This document shows, in pieces, positions 6,960 to 10,606 of a DNA stretch of 10,606 bases (its first letter is position 1; every line of letters begins with the position of its first letter). The notes beneath the pieces were generated by a model. That model did not search any database and was not told where the DNA came from. It worked only from the letters and a program-made list of their open reading frames with translations. A program made the position numbers and the translations under genes. This DNA is from Candidatus Cryosericum sp. (lineage in GTDB: Bacteria > Caldisericota > Caldisericia > Cryosericales > Cryosericaceae), in contig JBNAWM010000053.1 of NCBI GenBank assembly GCA_049699855.1, forward strand, positions 1 to 10,606, read 5' to 3'.

Positions 6960-7619
6960 TCAGCGCACCCTCACCAGGGGCAGGACGTACCGCCAGATGA
7001 GCACGACGAAGCTGGCACTGCCGGCCAGCACGAACAGATGCCAGATCTCGTGGAACCCGATGACGCCGGGCCACGGGTTGGGCCGCTTGATGGCATACAG
7101 CACGGCTCCCCCGCTGTATGCAAGGCCTCCCGCGAGCATCCAGGCCATCCCGTTCCAGCCGATAGCCCGCTGGAGGGGGACCATGGCCCAAACGGCGACC
7201 CACCCGAGCAGAACATAGAGCGCCGCCTTCAGGCCACGCGGGGCATCAAGCCAGAAGACGTCGGTCAGGATGACGGCTCCCGCAAGGCCCCAGACGCCCC
7301 AGAGGAGGACCGTGCCGGTGCGCCCGCCAAGGGCCACGACGCAGATGGGGGTATAGGTGCCGGCGATGAGAATGGAGATGCTGATGTGGTCCAGTCTGCG
7401 CAGGCGGACGTGCGCCCGCGGTCCGACGTCGAGCAGGTGGTACCAGGCGCTGGCGGAGAACAGGAGCACCATGCTGAGGCCGTAGACGAGAAACGGCAGG
7501 ATGGCAGACGCACCACCCCGCAGGGCGGCCGCGCGGATGAGCAGGACCGTGACGACGATGGCCGCCAGACTGCCGGCAAGGTGCGAGAGACCGTTGAAGG
7601 GTTCCTTGAACTTGACCAC
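6960..7619 (-). CDS. hemolysin III / PAQR family membrane protein (TrhA/YqfA-like)
   Basis: EPFNGLSH, SASAWYH, RRLDHISISILIAGTYTP and FHEIWHLFVLAG, with about seven hydrophobic segments. SD AGGAG overlaps the upstream TAG stop. Confidence 0.93.
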   Translation of the reverse strand: MVKFKEPFNGLSHLAGSLAAIVVTVLLIRAAALRGGASAILPFLVYGLSMVLLFSASAWYHLLDVGPRAHVRLRRLDHISISILIAGTYTPICVVALGGRTGTVLLWGVWGLAGAVILTDVFWLDAPRGLKAALYVLLGWVAVWAMVPLQRAIGWNGMAWMLAGGLAYSGGAVLYAIKRPNPWPGVIGFHEIWHLFVLAGSASFVVLIWRYVLPLVRVR

Positions 7620-7626
7620 TTTTCTC

Positions 7627-10606
7627 CTACGTCGCCTTGGCCAGCGTAACCGTGACTGTCTGCGACCCCGCGTCGTAGGTAATCTCAGCCCCGAAGGTCT
7701 CGCTGATGAAGCGCAGAGGAAGCATCGTCCTGCTGTTCACGATGCGTGGAGCCACCTTGGGGTTGGCGGGATCGATGGGGACGTCCACACCATCGACCTT
7801 GGCGATCGGCTTGCCGATCCACAACTCGACCCGTTTGGTGCCGATCAGGGTGACCTTCTGCTCTCGGGCGTCCCACAGCACCTGGGCTCCAAGGGGTGTC
7901 GCAATGTAACGGACGGGCAGAATGGTGCGCCCGTTCTCGATGATGGGCGCCGTATCCATGGGAACCGTTACACCGTTCATCACCACCGACGGCTTGTTCA
8001 CGGTGAAGACCAGGGTAATTTTGGTCACTGGATCCGTGATGATGATGGGCTGGGCCTTGACGGGGCCGGCCGGGTTGCTGACATTGCCATGCGTGTCCTC
8101 ACTCATGATCCAATAGTAGTAGCTGGCGCGCTCAAGCGGTCCGCGGTCCAGGAACTGCGTGGCCTCCGGCGTCACCTGGCCGACCAGCTCGGCGGTCTCG
8201 AGGTCGGGGGCACCCTGTTTGCGATAGATGTCATACCGGGCGACGGGATACGTCCCGGGAGAGGCCCCCTGCCAGCTGAGACGCACCTGTCCCTGCTCTC
8301 CCGCCGCTGAGAACCCGTCGGGCATGCCGGGGGGCACAAAGCGCGGGCTGACGCTGACCGCACACCCGCCCATGGTCGAGCGGACGGGACTGCCCCCAAG
8401 CGTGATGGTGCCACGCAGATTGATGCCCGTCTTGTCTGTCTGCGCGAGGGCAGTGAAGCGCAGCGAAGCCAGGATCGTCTGCCCGTCGGACAGGCCGGTC
8501 ACATCGCTTTGGATGCGCAGGATCCCGGGGTCGGAGGGCAAGACCGGCGGTGTCACCAGTGAGGAGGGTGCCGCAGCAGCCTTCAGCGCCACAAGCGCAG
8601 GGTCCCAGGCCACAGTGAGGTCCACGTGGTCGAACAGGAGCTGAAGGTTGCGCGCGGTGAGGTCCAGCGCAAACTCATCGCCCTCGCTCACGCGCATGCT
8701 CTGCGGTGCCAGGATGAACCCGGCGGACGGAACCGGGGCAAATCCGGCCTTGACGGGCACGGAAACCCTCGTGCTGCCCACGGTGAAGGTGATCGTCCCC
8801 GTGTTGTTAGCATTGGGATCCACCCAGCGGCCGTCGACGCCGACCGTGAATGTCTGACTGCCGTCAAAGGTGAGGGGACTGACGCGAATCCAGTTGGCAG
8901 AAGCCGACACGACACCCTGGCCCGCCATGATGCCGCTGGTCTGCAAGGTCAGCTGGCTGGTCACGCCGGCCCCTGCCTTGAGCACCCCGAAGTCCAGGTT
9001 GACCGGCGAGGGGGTCAGCGTCACGGGGGTTGTGGAGGTTGGCGTCAGCTGTGGCGCGACCAAGGTCACCGGTGCGGAGGATGTGTCGATGGTCACCGCA
9101 AACGGCGCCATCGTACCGGCCGTCACCTGCACGACGTGCAGGCCCGGGACGGTTGGTATGGCACAGGGACTCACGGCTGGCTGGATGGTGCCATCGAGCG
9201 AGACCGATGCGCCGATGGGCACCGAATCCACAATCAGCAAGCCGGGCTGAGCAGAGGGCAGTACCTGCAGAGGGTGAGTGATGCTGGCAAAGGGCATGGT
9301 ACCAGAGACCCCTGCAACGCCCGCGATGCCCGCCGTGAAGCTGATGGTCAGCTGATACTGCCCGGGCTGAAGAAGGCCGGCAGGCGCCCCGCCGATAAAG
9401 TAGCGGACATCACCGGCCTGCTGGTCTGGAAGGACCGCCGGCACAATGCCCACTGCCGCACCGTAGCGCCGTGCCACCAGCGAGGAGCTGTCGACCAGCG
9501 CGCCCTGCATGTCCCGCAGTTCAAAGCTTGGCGTGATGGTCAGGGGCTGGGTGCTGGATGCCTGGATGGGCACGTCCAGCGTCGTTCCCTGCACCACGCT
9601 ATCGGGCACCGTCGCCGTCGCCGTGATGTCCACGACCGTCGCCTGCGCCAGCCAGCCCGCACCGAACACTGCCCCCTTCCGGGTCATGGACAGCACCATG
9701 CTGAGCGCCCCCGCAGGAAGGGGAGAGGGCAGGGTGAAGGTCACCGGCACACTGGCTCCGGGCAGAACGGAGGCAGAACAGGCGGGGCCCTGCAGGCTCG
9801 TGACCACGGGATCGCCGACGGCCAGCACCGGCTGGTACGAGGAGTCCCATGTCGTGGTCCCGACGTTCTGCACCAGGAACCGGACGGTGGTGCCTCCGGC
9901 CGTCGAAAGCACCGCGCCAGCCGGGCTCTCCAGGACACGGAAGTTGTCTCCCTGGTTGAAGCCTGCGTACAAGTCGCCGTAGTGGACCGGCTCAGGCGTC
10001 GGGATCCAGGCGGGCGGATCGGTGATGATGGCCGGATTCGGTACCGTGACGCTCACGGGCGGCCAGAGCGGTTGGCCGTCGCTGCCCAGCACCTGGCGGG
10101 CCATGAGCGCAAGCACACGGTCCTGGTAGTGCCGGCCGCCCACCGTGTTGGGGTTGTTGGTGGATGACAGCCCGTTGTAGGCCCAGATGGCATAGTACCA
10201 GTTTTCCAGCACGTTCCGGTCGCGGTCGCCGATCCCGGGGGCCAGCTTCCACTTGCCATCAAGGATCTTGGCGCCGGTTTCAATGTTGTAGTCGATGTCC
10301 GAGAGGAGGCGGTCCACGTCGGTGCGCCCCGATGTGTTGATCTGCATGATGCCCACGTCCTGCGACGTGGCATTGGAGCCCACGATCGGGTTGCCGCTGC
10401 TGTCGAACTGGCGCCATCCGGACTCCTGGTAGGCGATGGCCATCAGGATGACGGAGGGGATGTTGTAGCGCAAGGCGGCATCCTTGAGGCGCGCACGGAT
10501 GTAGGTATCCGGCGGATTTGTTCCCACAGGGATGCCAAGAGCTGTCCCGGGCAGTGCACCCAGAACCATGGCGGCAACAAGTATCAGAATGACCAGATGT
10601 CTTGCC
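7627..10606 (-). CDS. secreted multidomain lytic transglycosylase (SLT + Ig-like/PEGA/cohesin-like/FN3 + copper amine oxidase N-terminal-like 'stalk' domain), 5' partial
   Basis: The frame stays open from the track start at 10569 to the window edge (ARHLVILILVAAMVLGALPGTALG, a signal peptide), so the true start is just outside. SLT motifs AIAYQESG, GIMQIN, YNIETGAKIL and AIWAYNG. FN3-like VRLSW...YDIYR...YYYWIMSED. C-terminal APIIENGRTILPVRYIA and APRIVNSRTMLPLRFISETFGA. Confidence 0.85.
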   Translation of the reverse strand, partial: ARHLVILILVAAMVLGALPGTALGIPVGTNPPDTYIRARLKDAALRYNIPSVILMAIAYQESGWRQFDSSGNPIVGSNATSQDVGIMQINTSGRTDVDRLLSDIDYNIETGAKILDGKWKLAPGIGDRDRNVLENWYYAIWAYNGLSSTNNPNTVGGRHYQDRVLALMARQVLGSDGQPLWPPVSVTVPNPAIITDPPAWIPTPEPVHYGDLYAGFNQGDNFRVLESPAGAVLSTAGGTTVRFLVQNVGTTTWDSSYQPVLAVGDPVVTSLQGPACSASVLPGASVPVTFTLPSPLPAGALSMVLSMTRKGAVFGAGWLAQATVVDITATATVPDSVVQGTTLDVPIQASSTQPLTITPSFELRDMQGALVDSSSLVARRYGAAVGIVPAVLPDQQAGDVRYFIGGAPAGLLQPGQYQLTISFTAGIAGVAGVSGTMPFASITHPLQVLPSAQPGLLIVDSVPIGASVSLDGTIQPAVSPCAIPTVPGLHVVQVTAGTMAPFAVTIDTSSAPVTLVAPQLTPTSTTPVTLTPSPVNLDFGVLKAGAGVTSQLTLQTSGIMAGQGVVSASANWIRVSPLTFDGSQTFTVGVDGRWVDPNANNTGTITFTVGSTRVSVPVKAGFAPVPSAGFILAPQSMRVSEGDEFALDLTARNLQLLFDHVDLTVAWDPALVALKAAAAPSSLVTPPVLPSDPGILRIQSDVTGLSDGQTILASLRFTALAQTDKTGINLRGTITLGGSPVRSTMGGCAVSVSPRFVPPGMPDGFSAAGEQGQVRLSWQGASPGTYPVARYDIYRKQGAPDLETAELVGQVTPEATQFLDRGPLERASYYYWIMSEDTHGNVSNPAGPVKAQPIIITDPVTKITLVFTVNKPSVVMNGVTVPMDTAPIIENGRTILPVRYIATPLGAQVLWDAREQKVTLIGTKRVELWIGKPIAKVDGVDVPIDPANPKVAPRIVNSRTMLPLRFISETFGAEITYDAGSQTVTVTLAKAT

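Noticed and set aside
6083..7619. Beta-lactam resistance or hemolytic virulence genes
   Set aside because: The MBL fold and hemolysin III family are widespread housekeeping families. The motifs do not establish beta-lactamase or toxin activity.
8626..10167. 513-aa + strand ORF (and similar ORFs such as 142-966, 2417-3424, 6149-7000 and 6711-7649)
   Set aside because: These overlap well-supported genes in another frame or strand and have the low-information composition typical of GC-rich shadow ORFs.

Overview
GC-rich bacterial chromosomal window. The left part is a + strand run of three membrane transporters: the 3' end of an MFS gene, a DMT/EamA gene and a complete MFS gene. It converges on a long - strand series. 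In transcription order that series is: a ~990-aa secreted multidomain lytic transglycosylase (start just outside the window), a hemolysin III/PAQR membrane protein, an MBL-fold hydrolase, a REP-associated-type HUH tyrosine transposase (RAYT/Y1), uvrB, and a secreted SLH-domain protein with its own near-consensus sigma70 promoter. The most unusual part is 5330-6090. This lower-GC RAYT module is bounded by 41-bp imperfect inverted repeats and carries a third, tandem copy. The repeats share an invariant hairpin core, and two also have an outer stem. They are built into host gene signals: one supplies the Shine-Dalgarno and TTG start of uvrB plus the last 14 codons of the transposase, another supplies the stop codon of the MBL gene, and the tandem pair forms a candidate hybrid promoter. 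All family calls come from motif recognition by eye; no searches were run.
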